A stretch of DNA of 64,000 nucleotides from Escherichia phage ECO07P1, in sequence record OP172784. One strand, 5' to 3'. Below are positions 51,405 through 61,035 of this stretch, in pieces. The notes beneath the pieces are model-generated. The model ran no database searches, was not told the DNA's origin, and saw only the letters and a program-made list of their open reading frames with translations. Both the position numbers and the translations under genes were made by a program. Positions within the stretch are counted from its first letter, which is position 1. Each line of letters starts with the position of its first letter.

Positions 51405-51871
51405 ATTATGATAGATTTTATCCTTGCGATTTTGTGAATGGCCCTGGATGCAGGGTCGTTCTTTTCGTTACAGGTTGTTTGCATAAATGCGAAGGGTGTT
51501 ATAATAAATCAACATGGAATGCTAGAAATGGCGTTCCATTCACTGGTAAAACACTAGAACAATTAATTGAATGTTTGAATAATGATTATATAGAAGGATT
51601 AACTATAACTGGAGGAGACCCTCTTTATCCTGATAACCGAGATGATGTTCATTGCATTGTTCAAACGGTAAAAAATCTTTATCCGAATAAAAGCATTTGG
51701 TTGTGGACAGGGTACAAGTTTGAAGATATTAAACAACTAGAAATGCTTAAATATGTTGATGTTATTATTGATGGGAAGTATGAGAAAAATCTTCCGACCA
51801 AAAAGCTGTGGCGAGGTTCAGATAATCAGCGACTTTGGTCAAATACCGATGGGGTGTGGAAACATGATTAA
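51401..51871 (+). CDS. nrdG: anaerobic RNR activating protein NrdG
   Basis: 156 aa; radical-SAM cluster CLHKCEGC. Confidence 0.9.
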   Translation: MNYDRFYPCDFVNGPGCRVVLFVTGCLHKCEGCYNKSTWNARNGVPFTGKTLEQLIECLNNDYIEGLTITGGDPLYPDNRDDVHCIVQTVKNLYPNKSIWLWTGYKFEDIKQLEMLKYVDVIIDGKYEKNLPTKKLWRGSDNQRLWSNTDGVWKHD

Positions 51872-51985
51872 ACTGAATTATATTATTGATACTATAAATG
51901 ATATGATTTTTCATTTTGGTCCAGAATTTTATTCGCAGTATAGTTTAGTACTTATCAATGCTTGGTTAATCAATTAAGGGTAAAT

Positions 51986-52201
51986 ATGTATAAATTTCGT
52001 AAAGGTTTAGCTGATTTTCTTACAACTGTAACGTTCTTTTTGTTTATGGCAGTTGGTGCTATTTTTCTTATTCCTTTTATTGCTATATTTTTCGTGATTA
52101 GCTTAATTTCTCCAGAAAAAGGCTTATCTTCTAGCGAGTTCAATGAGCGTCTGGATAAAATTACTAACAAACTGAATTCTGTTCTTGACAAAAAGGCTTA
52201 A
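51986..52201 (+). CDS. small membrane protein
   Basis: 71 aa from ATG with SD aaggg; central hydrophobic helix. Confidence 0.5.
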   Translation: MYKFRKGLADFLTTVTFFLFMAVGAIFLIPFIAIFFVISLISPEKGLSSSEFNERLDKITNKLNSVLDKKA

Positions 52202-52203
52202 TT

Positions 52204-52515
52204 ATGATTAGTTTTGAGCGGTATGTGGTAGAGAGTTGGAAGGGTTTTGATATGTTCGGTAATGACTATTATTTCTATGAATGTAGTCTAAATCCTAGTT
52301 TTTGGGCTGGACGAGAACGAGAACTCGAAGAAATTAATAACCGTGCTGAATTGTTAGGTGAATTACCTACGGTGTATTTTACCTTTGACGCATCTGGATT
52401 TGTTATCCAGGTTTATTTTCCTGAAGAAAATTCTGGCGATGATTCTGTTAACCCGCCATACTGGGCTTATCAAGGAATTATTTCTCGTGGAACAAAACTC
52501 GAACTTAAAGAATAA
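52204..52515 (+). CDS. hypothetical protein
   Basis: 103-aa ORF. Confidence 0.55.
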   Translation: MISFERYVVESWKGFDMFGNDYYFYECSLNPSFWAGRERELEEINNRAELLGELPTVYFTFDASGFVIQVYFPEENSGDDSVNPPYWAYQGIISRGTKLELKE

Positions 52516-52516
52516 G

Positions 52517-52810
52517 ATTGAAGTCTATGGAATTCCAGATGAAGTAGGTCGTTGTCCTGGATGTCAATCAGTTACAAAACTTCTAAAGGAGCTCAATGCT
52601 CCTTTTACTTTCTATAAAGTTCTTACAAATAATGGTAAGATTGAGTATGATCGCCCACTGATTGTATCTCTTGCTAAACGCGCTGGATTCACATCTCTTA
52701 ACATTCGTTATCCAGTCATTTTCATCAATGATTCTAGACAAAAGAACATTAAACACTTCAAAGAAACTCTCATTTCACTTGGATATGATAGAGATATCAT
52801 AGAAGACTAA
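52517..52810 (+). CDS. glutaredoxin/NrdH-like thioredoxin-fold protein (start codon uncertain)
   Basis: Domain begins KIEVYGIPDEVGRCPGCQ (CxxC); no in-frame ATG/GTG/TTG from the domain N-terminus to the stop; 52517 is an ATT codon. Confidence 0.5.
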   Translation: MEVYGIPDEVGRCPGCQSVTKLLKELNAPFTFYKVLTNNGKIEYDRPLIVSLAKRAGFTSLNIRYPVIFINDSRQKNIKHFKETLISLGYDRDIIED

Positions 52811-52812
52811 GA

Positions 52813-52836
52813 CGGGCCCTCTGGGCCTTTCTTTCT
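52813..52836 (+). terminator. rho-independent terminator
   Basis: gggccc-tct-gggcc then TTTCTTTCT. Confidence 0.55.
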
Positions 52837-52907
52837 CACATTCTGTATATTACCATTCTAACTATCATTCACTTCTTATCATTCCCTAAAATAATTTTCA
52901 CAAAGTT

Positions 52908-52939
52908 GTTTACAAGAAGTTCAAACTGTGGTATTATTA
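52908..52939 (+). promoter_or_regulatory. early promoter
   Basis: tcacaaagttGTTTAC, 19 bp, tGGTATTAT. Confidence 0.55.
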
Positions 52940-52967
52940 ACATATGAATTGCCTTTGAGGATTTGAT

Positions 52968-53144
52968 ATGGTTGATAAAGAGATTAAAAGGAAACAGTAT
53001 TATCGTGTTAACGGACATATTGTTATTGTTACAGCAGTAGATGATCTAGATGTTCATTATACTGTACTTAAATGGAACAAACACATGATTTGTGACCGTG
53101 CTGTATTTAGTTCAGTTGCTAAGGAAATTAAACTCCATGGGTAA
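52968..53144 (+). CDS. hypothetical small protein (58 aa)
   Basis: Below track threshold; SD gagga; stop overlaps next start. Confidence 0.4.
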   Translation: MVDKEIKRKQYYRVNGHIVIVTAVDDLDVHYTVLKWNKHMICDRAVFSSVAKEIKLHG

Positions 53145-53430
53145 AACGTATCGTCGTAAAGATTTAAAAGTGCGTGATTATGACTATTTCGGAAAGCGTA
53201 AAGCTCCTGATGGTGTAAGTCATAAAGATATGGTTGAAAACATTTTTCGCTCTGATAAATGGCGTAGAATGAAAGGCATTGATTCAGAAGTTAAAGATGA
53301 GCTAAACCGTCAATTGCGTAGTGAAGTAAGAAAGTTGAAAAAATCAGTTTACATTGACGATGATTTTGATTATAATACTTCTCAACGAGTTGCTAAACGT
53401 AAATCAAACGAGTGCTATCGTTACAGCTGA
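53137..53430 (+). CDS. small basic protein
   Basis: 97 aa from MGKTYRRKDLK; Lys/Arg-rich. Confidence 0.5.
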   Translation: MGKTYRRKDLKVRDYDYFGKRKAPDGVSHKDMVENIFRSDKWRRMKGIDSEVKDELNRQLRSEVRKLKKSVYIDDDFDYNTSQRVAKRKSNECYRYS

Positions 53431-53437
53431 GGAAAAT

Positions 53438-53638
53438 ATGAATCCTGAATCTAAATTATCGCAACGAATTGCCGAAGCTCGTCGTCAGTTCTTTGAAAAT
53501 ATGATAGCCCAGGGTATTGATGACGAAGTTTTTCTAAACTGGTTTTGGAATCACAAATATTCAAGTTGCTCAGGAGCAATATTAATATCAGCTGCAATGA
53601 TGTATGAAGGCTGGAAAGGTGCCAAACAGTTTAGCTAA
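53438..53638 (+). CDS. hypothetical small protein
   Basis: 66 aa from ATG with SD gaggaaa. Confidence 0.5.
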   Translation: MNPESKLSQRIAEARRQFFENMIAQGIDDEVFLNWFWNHKYSSCSGAILISAAMMYEGWKGAKQFS

Positions 53639-53647
53639 GGGCTTCGG

Positions 53648-53666
53648 CCCTTTTTGGATAATAAAA
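53648..53666 (+). terminator. rho-independent terminator (GCTTCGGC loop)
   Basis: agggcttcggccct then TTTTT. Confidence 0.65.
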
Positions 53667-53690
53667 TTTTAACGCAATTGAGGATAATGT

Positions 53691-54017
53691 ATGACTATTC
53701 AAATTAAAAACGCCATCAATTCTTATGCATATGATAAAGTAGTTTCTCTGCTAGAAAAAGGCGATATTGTAACTCCTCAAATTTTGGATAAATGGGAAAA
53801 AGAGCTTCATCAGACGATGAAACAGAATGATCAGAAGATTGGACGAAATACTGTCCGTGAATTGTTGGTTCAATATATCCTGTCAGAATTTGATGTTAAA
53901 GCTTTTGGTGTAGAATCTAAAGCTTATCAAAAACATGAAATTTCCGATAAAACTATTCGTCGTATGAAAAATCAACGCAAGAAAAAATTTGCTGACCTGA
54001 AAATTACTAAGGCATAA
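53691..54017 (+). CDS. hypothetical protein
   Basis: 108-aa ORF. Confidence 0.55.
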   Translation: MTIQIKNAINSYAYDKVVSLLEKGDIVTPQILDKWEKELHQTMKQNDQKIGRNTVRELLVQYILSEFDVKAFGVESKAYQKHEISDKTIRRMKNQRKKKFADLKITKA

Positions 54018-54019
54018 TT

Positions 54020-54235
54020 ATGAACGAAGCTCTTATTAACGATTTACGTCTTGCCGGATATGAAGTAAATATAAACGGCGTTGGTTTAACTCAAATTGAA
54101 GGAAATGGATTCATCCTTGAGTATGAATTTAGCCAATGGTGGTTATATGCTAATTATGGCGAATTAATTGAATATGTCGATCAATTTGATTCACTAGATG
54201 CAGCTCTCGAAGCGGCTAACTTAATGAATGCGTGA
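54020..54235 (+). CDS. hypothetical protein
   Basis: 71-aa ORF, acidic. Confidence 0.5.
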   Translation: MNEALINDLRLAGYEVNINGVGLTQIEGNGFILEYEFSQWWLYANYGELIEYVDQFDSLDAALEAANLMNA

Positions 54236-54251
54236 AATTGATTCATCCTCT

Positions 54252-54281
54252 ATGCTTTAAGATAGATCTTCAAATATTATG
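54252..54281 (+). promoter_or_regulatory. candidate MotA-dependent middle promoter for gene 55
   Basis: MotA-box-like aTGCTTtA near -30 and TATTAT -10. Confidence 0.4.
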
Positions 54282-54317
54282 ATATAATAGATCTATGAAT
54301 TGAGCTAAGAGGTGAAA

Positions 54318-54875
54318 ATGTCAGAAACTAAGCCTAAATATAATTACGTAAACAATAAAGAGCTTTTACAAGCTATTATTGATTGGAAAACAGAATTAGC
54401 AAATAATAAAGACCCAAATAAAGTAGTTCGTCAGAATGATACTATCGGATTGGCCATTATGCTTATTGCAGAAGGCTTATCTAAACGTTTCAACTTTTCA
54501 GGATACACCCAATCTTGGAAACAAGAAATGATTGCAGATGGTATAGAAGCTTCTATTAAGGGGCTTCATAATTTTGATGAAACGAAATATAAAAACCCAC
54601 ATGCGTATATAACTCAAGCTTGTTTTAATGCATTCGTCCAACGTATTAAAAAAGAACGTAAGGAAGTTGCAAAGAAATATAGTTACTTCGTTCACAATGT
54701 CTATGACAGTCGTGACGACGATATGGTTGCGTTAGTAGATGAAACTTTTATTCAAGACATCTACGATAAAATGACGCATTACGAAGAATCAACCTATAGA
54801 ACACCGGGGGCTGAAAAGAAAAGTGTTGTAGACGATTCTCCTAGTTTGGATTTTTTATATGAGGCTAACGATTAA
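54318..54875 (+). CDS. 55: late-transcription sigma factor gp55
   Basis: 185 aa from [17 protein letters not shown]; matches remembered T4 gp55. Confidence 0.95.
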
Positions 54876-55077
54876 CCTCTCCGGATTCTTGGAAGAAATA
54901 CCTGAAGTTGAAGCTATTCCCTATTTACTTAAAATGTATCTCAGGGAAGTTTTAGCTCTTGACATTGATATTGATCCAGAAAATCCGTATGATACCGCTT
55001 TTAAATCTAATGGTGTAGAATTAAACTATCGGTATCATTTAACAGATGATGATTTTTATTTTATATTAGAGAAATAA
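54859..55077 (+). CDS. hypothetical protein
   Basis: 72-aa ORF overlapping gene 55 end; no clear SD. Confidence 0.45.
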
Positions 55078-55078
55078 T

Positions 55079-55396
55079 ATGACTGATAAACCCGAAATTA
55101 ATGATGAAGTGGAAAAGCTTATTTCTTCTATTGAAGAAAAGAACCGTCTTGAAGCAGAAAGAAAAGCAAATAAGTTATTGTCTAAAAATAAACGCGAACT
55201 GAACCGTCTTTATAAACACGCTCAGATTGCAGCTGAAAACAATAATTTTGCTCAATACGAATATGCTATCAAGAAAAGTCGGGATATTCTAAAACAGCCA
55301 TATAACGATGAACTCATTAGTATTCTTTGGAAGACTACTAGATCGCAGATTGAGGATATGATTGATGCTTACACACGTAAAATTCAAGCGTCTTAA
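55079..55396 (+). CDS. hypothetical protein
   Basis: 105 aa; ATGA-type overlap. Confidence 0.55.
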   Translation: MTDKPEINDEVEKLISSIEEKNRLEAERKANKLLSKNKRELNRLYKHAQIAAENNNFAQYEYAIKKSRDILKQPYNDELISILWKTTRSQIEDMIDAYTRKIQAS

Positions 55397-55568
55397 AATT
55401 AATGCAGGATTTACTGAATCTTTGAACGGTCATCTTTGTGTGAAAATTTCTGAAAAAGAATACCATGATAGTTCAATTAAAGAAGTTAATCCTCCTATTG
55501 TAAGAGCAGACCCTAATATGAAAGTGTGGGTTGATTCTTATCAAGTCAAAAAATGGTGGCAACTGTGA
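55365..55568 (+). CDS. hypothetical protein
   Basis: 67 aa from ATG with SD gagga. Confidence 0.5.
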   Translation: MLTHVKFKRLKINAGFTESLNGHLCVKISEKEYHDSSIKEVNPPIVRADPNMKVWVDSYQVKKWWQL

Positions 55569-55571
55569 AAG

Positions 55572-55745
55572 ATGAACACCCAGACTTCTGAAATAGATTA
55601 TAATAAAATTCGTTCCTCTAAAGTAGAAATGATGAGACGCTTTAAAGAGTCTCATGATAAAGCTAAAGCAGAAGGAACTATAACGTATAAGCGCATAAAA
55701 TTTAGAAGCTCTAATGAGCCTCTGTATGGTGTATTATGCGGATAG
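55572..55745 (+). CDS. hypothetical small protein (57 aa)
   Basis: Below track threshold; weak SD; followed by hairpin. Confidence 0.3.
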   Translation: MNTQTSEIDYNKIRSSKVEMMRRFKESHDKAKAEGTITYKRIKFRSSNEPLYGVLCG

Positions 55746-55766
55746 GAGCTTCGGCTCCTATATTGC
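55743..55766 (+). terminator. terminator-like hairpin (GCTTCGGC loop)
   Basis: taggagcttcggctccta; weak T-tract. Confidence 0.45.
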
Positions 55767-55789
55767 TTTATAAATTTTTTTGTAAAATA
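55763..55789 (+). promoter_or_regulatory. MotA-dependent middle promoter for a-gt
   Basis: tTGCTTtA MotA box, 12 bp, TAAAAT. Confidence 0.5.
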
Positions 55790-55812
55790 AACCAAAACAA
55801 TGAGGATATTAA

Positions 55813-57015
55813 ATGAAAGTATGCATTTTTCTGGCTCGGGGTCTTGAAGGTTGCGGTGTAACTAAATTTTCTCTTGAGCAGCGTGATTGGTTTATTAAAA
55901 ATGGTCATGAAGTAACTTTGGTTTATGCTAAAGATAAATCATTTACTCGTACAAGTTCTCATGACCACAAATCATTTTCAATTCCAGTTATTTTAGCTAA
56001 AGAATACGATAAAACGCTTAAGCTGGTAAATGATTGTGATATTCTAGTTATCAATTCAGTTCCTGCTACTTCAGTCGAAGAAGACACAATTAATAACTAT
56101 AAAAAAATTATTGATAACATTAAACCTTCGGTTCGTGTTGTAGTTTATCAGCATGACCATTCTTCTCTTTCTTTGCGTCGAAATTTGGGATTAGAAGAAA
56201 CTGTTCGTCGAGCTGATGTTATTTTTAGCCATTCTGATAATGGCGATTTTAATAAAGTTCTGATGAAAGAGTGGTATCCAGAAACTGTTTCTCTGTTTGA
56301 TGATATTGAAGAAGCACCGACCGTATACAACTTTCAGCCTCCTATGGATATTGCGAAGGTTCGGTCAACTTATTGGAAAGATGTTTCTGAAATTAACATG
56401 AATATCAACCGTTGGATTGGTCGTACGACTACATGGAAAGGTTTTTATCAGATGTTTGATTTTCATGAAAAATTCTTAAAACCTGCTGGTAAATCCACTG
56501 TATTGGAAGGTCTTGAACGTTCCCCTGCTTTTATTGCAATTAAGGAAAAAGGTATTCCGTATGAATATTATGGTAATCGTGAGATTGATAAAATGAATCT
56601 CACGCCGAATCAACCGGCACAAATCCTAGATTGTTATATTAATAGCGAAATGCTTGAACGAATGAGTAAATCTGGCTTTGGATATCAGTTGAGTAAACTT
56701 AACCAGAAATACTTACAACGTTCACTCGAATATACTCATCTTGAATTAGGTGCTTGTGGTACAATTCCTGTTTTCTGGAAATCAACAGGTGATAATTTGA
56801 AATTCCGTGTTGATAATACTCCTTTGACCTCGCATGATAGCGGTATCATTTGGTTTGATGAAAATGACATGGAATCAACATTTGAGCGTATTAAAGAACT
56901 GTCATCTGACCGAGCTCTTTATGACCGTGAACGCGAAAAAGCTTATGAATTTTTGTATCAGCATCAAGATTCAAGCTTCTGCTTTAAAGAACAGTTTGAC
57001 ATTATTACAAAATAA
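55813..57015 (+). CDS. a-gt: DNA alpha-glucosyltransferase
   Basis: 400 aa; matches remembered T4 AGT. Confidence 0.95.
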   Translation: MKVCIFLARGLEGCGVTKFSLEQRDWFIKNGHEVTLVYAKDKSFTRTSSHDHKSFSIPVILAKEYDKTLKLVNDCDILVINSVPATSVEEDTINNYKKIIDNIKPSVRVVVYQHDHSSLSLRRNLGLEETVRRADVIFSHSDNGDFNKVLMKEWYPETVSLFDDIEEAPTVYNFQPPMDIAKVRSTYWKDVSEINMNINRWIGRTTTWKGFYQMFDFHEKFLKPAGKSTVLEGLERSPAFIAIKEKGIPYEYYGNREIDKMNLTPNQPAQILDCYINSEMLERMSKSGFGYQLSKLNQKYLQRSLEYTHLELGACGTIPVFWKSTGDNLKFRVDNTPLTSHDSGIIWFDENDMESTFERIKELSSDRALYDREREKAYEFLYQHQDSSFCFKEQFDIITK

Positions 57016-57037
57016 AGGGCTTCGGCCCTTTAGCTTT
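57015..57037 (+). terminator. rho-independent terminator (GCTTCGGC loop)
   Basis: aagggcttcggccctt then tagcttt. Confidence 0.55.
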
Positions 57038-57054
57038 ATACGGAGTTTGATATA

Positions 57055-57195
57055 ATGATATTTCTTGGATATGTGATACTTTTTCTTGCATTTTATCTAT
57101 TCACCAAAGCATGCTGGATTGGGTTCTTTAGCACTCCAGATGGGTTTATTTCAATAATTTTATTTTGCATTTCAATGACGGTTCTTGATATATGA
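57055..57195 (+). CDS. possible 46-aa hydrophobic peptide
   Basis: ATG with SD ggag; MIFLGYVILFLAFYLF...; stop overlaps gene 47 start (ATGA). Confidence 0.35.
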   Translation: MIFLGYVILFLAFYLFTKACWIGFFSTPDGFISIILFCISMTVLDI

Positions 57196-58211
57196 AAATT
57201 TTAAATTTAGGTGATTGGCATTTAGGTGTTAAAGCCGATGATGAGTGGGTTCAATCAATCCAGTTGGATGGAATTAAGCAGGCGATAGAATATTCTAAGA
57301 AAAATGGAATTACTACATGGATTCAATACGGTGATATTTTTGATGTGCGAAAAGCAATCACGCATAAAACTATGGAGTTCGCACGTGAAATAGTTCAAAT
57401 GCTTGATGATGCTGGTATTACCCTACATACTGTTGTAGGAAACCATGATATGCACTTTAAAAATACTTTAACTCCAAATGCTTCTACTGAGCTTTTAGCT
57501 AAATATCCTAATGTTAAAGTATATGATAAGCCTACTACAGTAGATTTTGACGGATGTTTGATTGATTTAATTCCTTGGATGTGTGAAGAAAATACTGGTG
57601 AAATTCTTGAACACATCAAAACTTCATCTGCTTCTTTTTGTGTTGGTCACTGGGAACTGAATGGATTTTATTTTTATAAAGGAATGAAATCTCACGGTCT
57701 TGAACCTGATTTCCTTAAGACTTATAAAGAAGTGTGGTCTGGTCACTTCCATACTATCTCTGAGGCTGCTAACGTCAGATATATTGGGACACCATGGACA
57801 CTAACTGCAGGTGACGAGAATGACCCTCGTGGGTTCTGGATGTTTGATACAGAAACAGAACGAATGGAATTTATTCCAAACAACACTACCTGGCATCGTC
57901 GAATTCAATATCCATTTAAAGGAAAAATTGACTATAAAGATTTTACAAATCTGTCAGTACGTGTTATAGTAACTGAGGTAGACAAAAATCTGACAAAGTT
58001 CGAATCTGAACTAGAAAAAGTTGTGCATTCATTACGAGTTGTGTCAAAGATTGATAACTCTGTCGAGTCAGATGATAGTGAAGAAGTTGAAGTTCAATCT
58101 CTTCAGACGTTGATGGAAGAATACATTAATGCAATTCCAGACATCACTGATTCTGACCGTGAAGCACTTATTCAATATGCAAATCAGTTATATGTAGAGG
58201 CAACACAATGA
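57192..58211 (+). CDS. 47: recombination endonuclease subunit gp47 (Mre11-like)
   Basis: 339 aa; phosphoesterase motifs (GDWH, GNHD). Confidence 0.95.
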   Translation: MKILNLGDWHLGVKADDEWVQSIQLDGIKQAIEYSKKNGITTWIQYGDIFDVRKAITHKTMEFAREIVQMLDDAGITLHTVVGNHDMHFKNTLTPNASTELLAKYPNVKVYDKPTTVDFDGCLIDLIPWMCEENTGEILEHIKTSSASFCVGHWELNGFYFYKGMKSHGLEPDFLKTYKEVWSGHFHTISEAANVRYIGTPWTLTAGDENDPRGFWMFDTETERMEFIPNNTTWHRRIQYPFKGKIDYKDFTNLSVRVIVTEVDKNLTKFESELEKVVHSLRVVSKIDNSVESDDSEEVEVQSLQTLMEEYINAIPDITDSDREALIQYANQLYVEATQ

Positions 58212-58471
58212 CTTTTGATGAATTTAAAAATGTTATGATGAGTCAGCATTTTGAATGTGAAGTAAAAGATGATATTGGGCATAAAGAAATTATTGAATAT
58301 TGGTTTGAACCGCTAGAGGTTGAAGATAATTGTATTAAAAAGGTCACGGTCTGCACTGACTGGGCTGTATCTTTTAACTTCAACATTTTAGATAATGACA
58401 CACCTAAATCATTACAAGATATGGCTGTATCTTGTATTAAGGATGCATACTGTGAAGTTTTCGACATTTGA
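58208..58471 (+). CDS. hypothetical protein
   Basis: 87 aa; ATGA overlap with gene 47. Confidence 0.5.
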   Translation: MTFDEFKNVMMSQHFECEVKDDIGHKEIIEYWFEPLEVEDNCIKKVTVCTDWAVSFNFNILDNDTPKSLQDMAVSCIKDAYCEVFDI

Positions 58472-58658
58472 CATTAACGATGAATTCATAGCAAATATTG
58501 ATTACACCGAAGAAGATTCTAGATATGTTGGAATAATTTATATCACATCAAAAGCAGCACAAGGTGTTGTTTGCATGGCTGAATTTGATGAATACTTTTT
58601 AGATTATGATGATATGATAGAATGGTCTAAAAGATACATTAAAAGGAATCTTTTGTGA
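58443..58658 (+). CDS. hypothetical protein (start uncertain; GTG at 58452 also possible)
   Basis: ORF between 47 and 46. Confidence 0.45.
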   Translation: MHTVKFSTFDINDEFIANIDYTEEDSRYVGIIYITSKAAQGVVCMAEFDEYFLDYDDMIEWSKRYIKRNLL

Positions 58659-60337
58659 AGAATTTTAAACTAAATCGAGTTAGGTATCAAAATATAATGT
58701 CAGTAGGTGGAAATCCTATTGACATTCAACTAGATAAGGTTCAAAAAACTCTTATTACTGGACGAAATGGCGGTGGTAAGTCTACTATGCTAGAAGCCAT
58801 CACATTTGGGCTTTTTGGCAAGCCATTTCGTGATGTAAAGAAAGGTCAATTAATAAACAGCACAAATAAAAAAGAACTTTTAGTTGAACTGTGGATGGAA
58901 TATGATGAGAAAAAGTACTATATCAAAAGAGGACAAAAACCAAACGTTTTCGAAATCACCGTTAACGGTACACGTCTTAATGAATCTGCCAGCAGTAAAG
59001 ATTTCCAAGCAGAATTTGAACAGCTTATCGGAATGTCATATGCCAGTTTCAAGCAGATTGTTGTCCTTGGTACAGCAGGGTATACCCCTTTCATGGGTTT
59101 GTCGACCCCTGCGCGAAGAAAGCTTGTGGAAGACCTGCTTGAGGTAGGAACATTAGCTGAAATGGATAAGCTTAATAAAGCACTAATACGTGAATTAAAT
59201 TCACAAAACCAAGTGCTTGATGTTAAAAAAGATAGTATTATCCAGCAAATTAAAATATATAATGATAACGTTGAACGCCAGAAAAAATTAACTGGTGATA
59301 ACCTTACTCGTCTACAGAATATGTATGATGATTTGGCGAAGGAAGCTAGAACGTTAAAATCGGAAATAGAAGAAGCTAATGAAAGATTAGTTAATATTGT
59401 TTTAGATGAAGACCCGACTGATGCATTTAATAAAATCGGTCAAGAAGCATTTTTAATTAAATCAAAAATTGACTCATATAATAAAGTCATTAATATGTAT
59501 CACGAAGGTGGATTATGTCCAACCTGTTTGTCACAATTAAGTTCCGGTGATAAAGTTGTTTCTAAAATTAAAGATAAAGTTTCTGAATGTACGCATTCAT
59601 TTGAACAGCTTTCAACACATCGTGATAATTTAAAAGTTCTTGTTGACGAATACCGAGATAATATTAAAACCCAGCAGACGTTGGCGAATGATATTCGCAA
59701 TAAAAAGCAATCTCTAATCACGACGGTAGATAAAGCTAAAAAAGTTAAAGCGGCTATAGAAAAAGCATCATCTGAGTTTATTGACCATGCTGATGAAATA
59801 GCACTGCTTCAAGAAGAACTTGATAAAATTGTTAAGACAAAAACTAATTTAGTAATGGAAAAATACCATAGAGGAATTTTGACTGATATGCTCAAAGATT
59901 CTGGTATTAAAGGTGCTATTATTAAAAAGTACATTCCATTATTTAATAAGCAAATTAACCATTATCTTAAAATAATGGAAGCGGATTATGTGTTTACATT
60001 AGATGAAGAATTTAATGAGACAATTAAATCCCGTGGTCGTGAAGATTTTAGTTATGCTTCATTTAGTCAAGGTGAAAAAGCACGAATTGATATTGCTCTT
60101 TTATTTACTTGGCGTGATATTGCTGAAAAAGTTTCAGGTGTTAAAATAAACACACTAATTCTCGATGAAGTTTTTGATTCAGCAACTGATGTTGAAGGTG
60201 TAAAAGCTATTTCAACTATTTTAGATAGTTTAAAAAATACTAATGTTTTTGTTATTTCACACAGAGACCATGACCCGCAAGCATATGGTCAGCATCTTCA
60301 AATGAAGAAAGTTGGTCGATTTACTGTAATGGTTTAA
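58655..60337 (+). CDS. 46: recombination endonuclease subunit gp46 (Rad50/SbcC-like)
   Basis: 560 aa, GTG start; Walker A GRNGGGKST, zinc hook CPTC. Confidence 0.95.
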   Translation: MKNFKLNRVRYQNIMSVGGNPIDIQLDKVQKTLITGRNGGGKSTMLEAITFGLFGKPFRDVKKGQLINSTNKKELLVELWMEYDEKKYYIKRGQKPNVFEITVNGTRLNESASSKDFQAEFEQLIGMSYASFKQIVVLGTAGYTPFMGLSTPARRKLVEDLLEVGTLAEMDKLNKALIRELNSQNQVLDVKKDSIIQQIKIYNDNVERQKKLTGDNLTRLQNMYDDLAKEARTLKSEIEEANERLVNIVLDEDPTDAFNKIGQEAFLIKSKIDSYNKVINMYHEGGLCPTCLSQLSSGDKVVSKIKDKVSECTHSFEQLSTHRDNLKVLVDEYRDNIKTQQTLANDIRNKKQSLITTVDKAKKVKAAIEKASSEFIDHADEIALLQEELDKIVKTKTNLVMEKYHRGILTDMLKDSGIKGAIIKKYIPLFNKQINHYLKIMEADYVFTLDEEFNETIKSRGREDFSYASFSQGEKARIDIALLFTWRDIAEKVSGVKINTLILDEVFDSATDVEGVKAISTILDSLKNTNVFVISHRDHDPQAYGQHLQMKKVGRFTVMV

Positions 60338-60350
60338 TTTATAAGAGATT

Positions 60351-60376
60351 ATGCTTTAATTTATTAGAGTATAATC
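60351..60376 (+). promoter_or_regulatory. MotA-dependent middle promoter
   Basis: aTGCTTtA, 12 bp, TATAAT. Confidence 0.5.
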
Positions 60377-60392
60377 TCTATGGAGGAAAAAC

Positions 60393-60581
60393 ATGGAATA
60401 TTCAACTGGACAGCATCTATTAACTATTCCTGAAATAAAACGATATATTCTGAGAAATAATTTTTCTAATGAAGAGCATATAGTTACTGAATCTATGCTT
60501 AAGAATGCATTTAAATCAGAATATACGAAAATAATGTCCAACAGAAATGAAGCTTGGACTGTTACTGATTATTATGACTAA
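60393..60581 (+). CDS. hypothetical protein
   Basis: 62 aa; SD ggagg. Confidence 0.55.
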   Translation: MEYSTGQHLLTIPEIKRYILRNNFSNEEHIVTESMLKNAFKSEYTKIMSNRNEAWTVTDYYD

Positions 60582-60590
60582 AGGTGTATT

Positions 60591-60980
60591 ATGACTAAAA
60601 TTACTGTGAATTATACTGTTGATGTAAAAGATATTCAGCCAAAACACGTGCGTTCTGAATCAAATCCACAAAACCAAAATAAAATTCGTCGAGCATGGGT
60701 TTTGTCTCTTTCTGATAACGCAATGGAAGTTATTCAGAGCAAAATTAAATCTGCACCTGCTCGTCATGCGTATTATGAAGCTATCGATCGTGAAGTGAGT
60801 GATAAATGGATTGAACTGATGCGCAAACATACGGCAGAATCTCTAAATGCTGGTGCTAAATTTATTATGACTTCATGTGGTGAACGCCTTGAAGATGGTT
60901 ATTGCGGTAATGCAGATGAACGTCTAATTGTTGCTGCTCAAATTGTTGCGGAAACAATTGCTGCTGATTTTAATCGTTAA
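60591..60980 (+). CDS. rpbA: RNA polymerase binding protein RpbA
   Basis: 129 aa; size and synteny. Confidence 0.85.
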   Translation: MTKITVNYTVDVKDIQPKHVRSESNPQNQNKIRRAWVLSLSDNAMEVIQSKIKSAPARHAYYEAIDREVSDKWIELMRKHTAESLNAGAKFIMTSCGERLEDGYCGNADERLIVAAQIVAETIAADFNR

Positions 60981-61007
60981 TTGCTTTATTAAATTAGTTA
61001 TAAAATT
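60981..61007 (+). promoter_or_regulatory. MotA-dependent middle promoter for gene 45
   Basis: tTGCTTtA MotA box and TATAAAAT -10. Confidence 0.55.
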
Positions 61008-61035
61008 AAATCTCATTTGAATTGAAGGAAATTAC

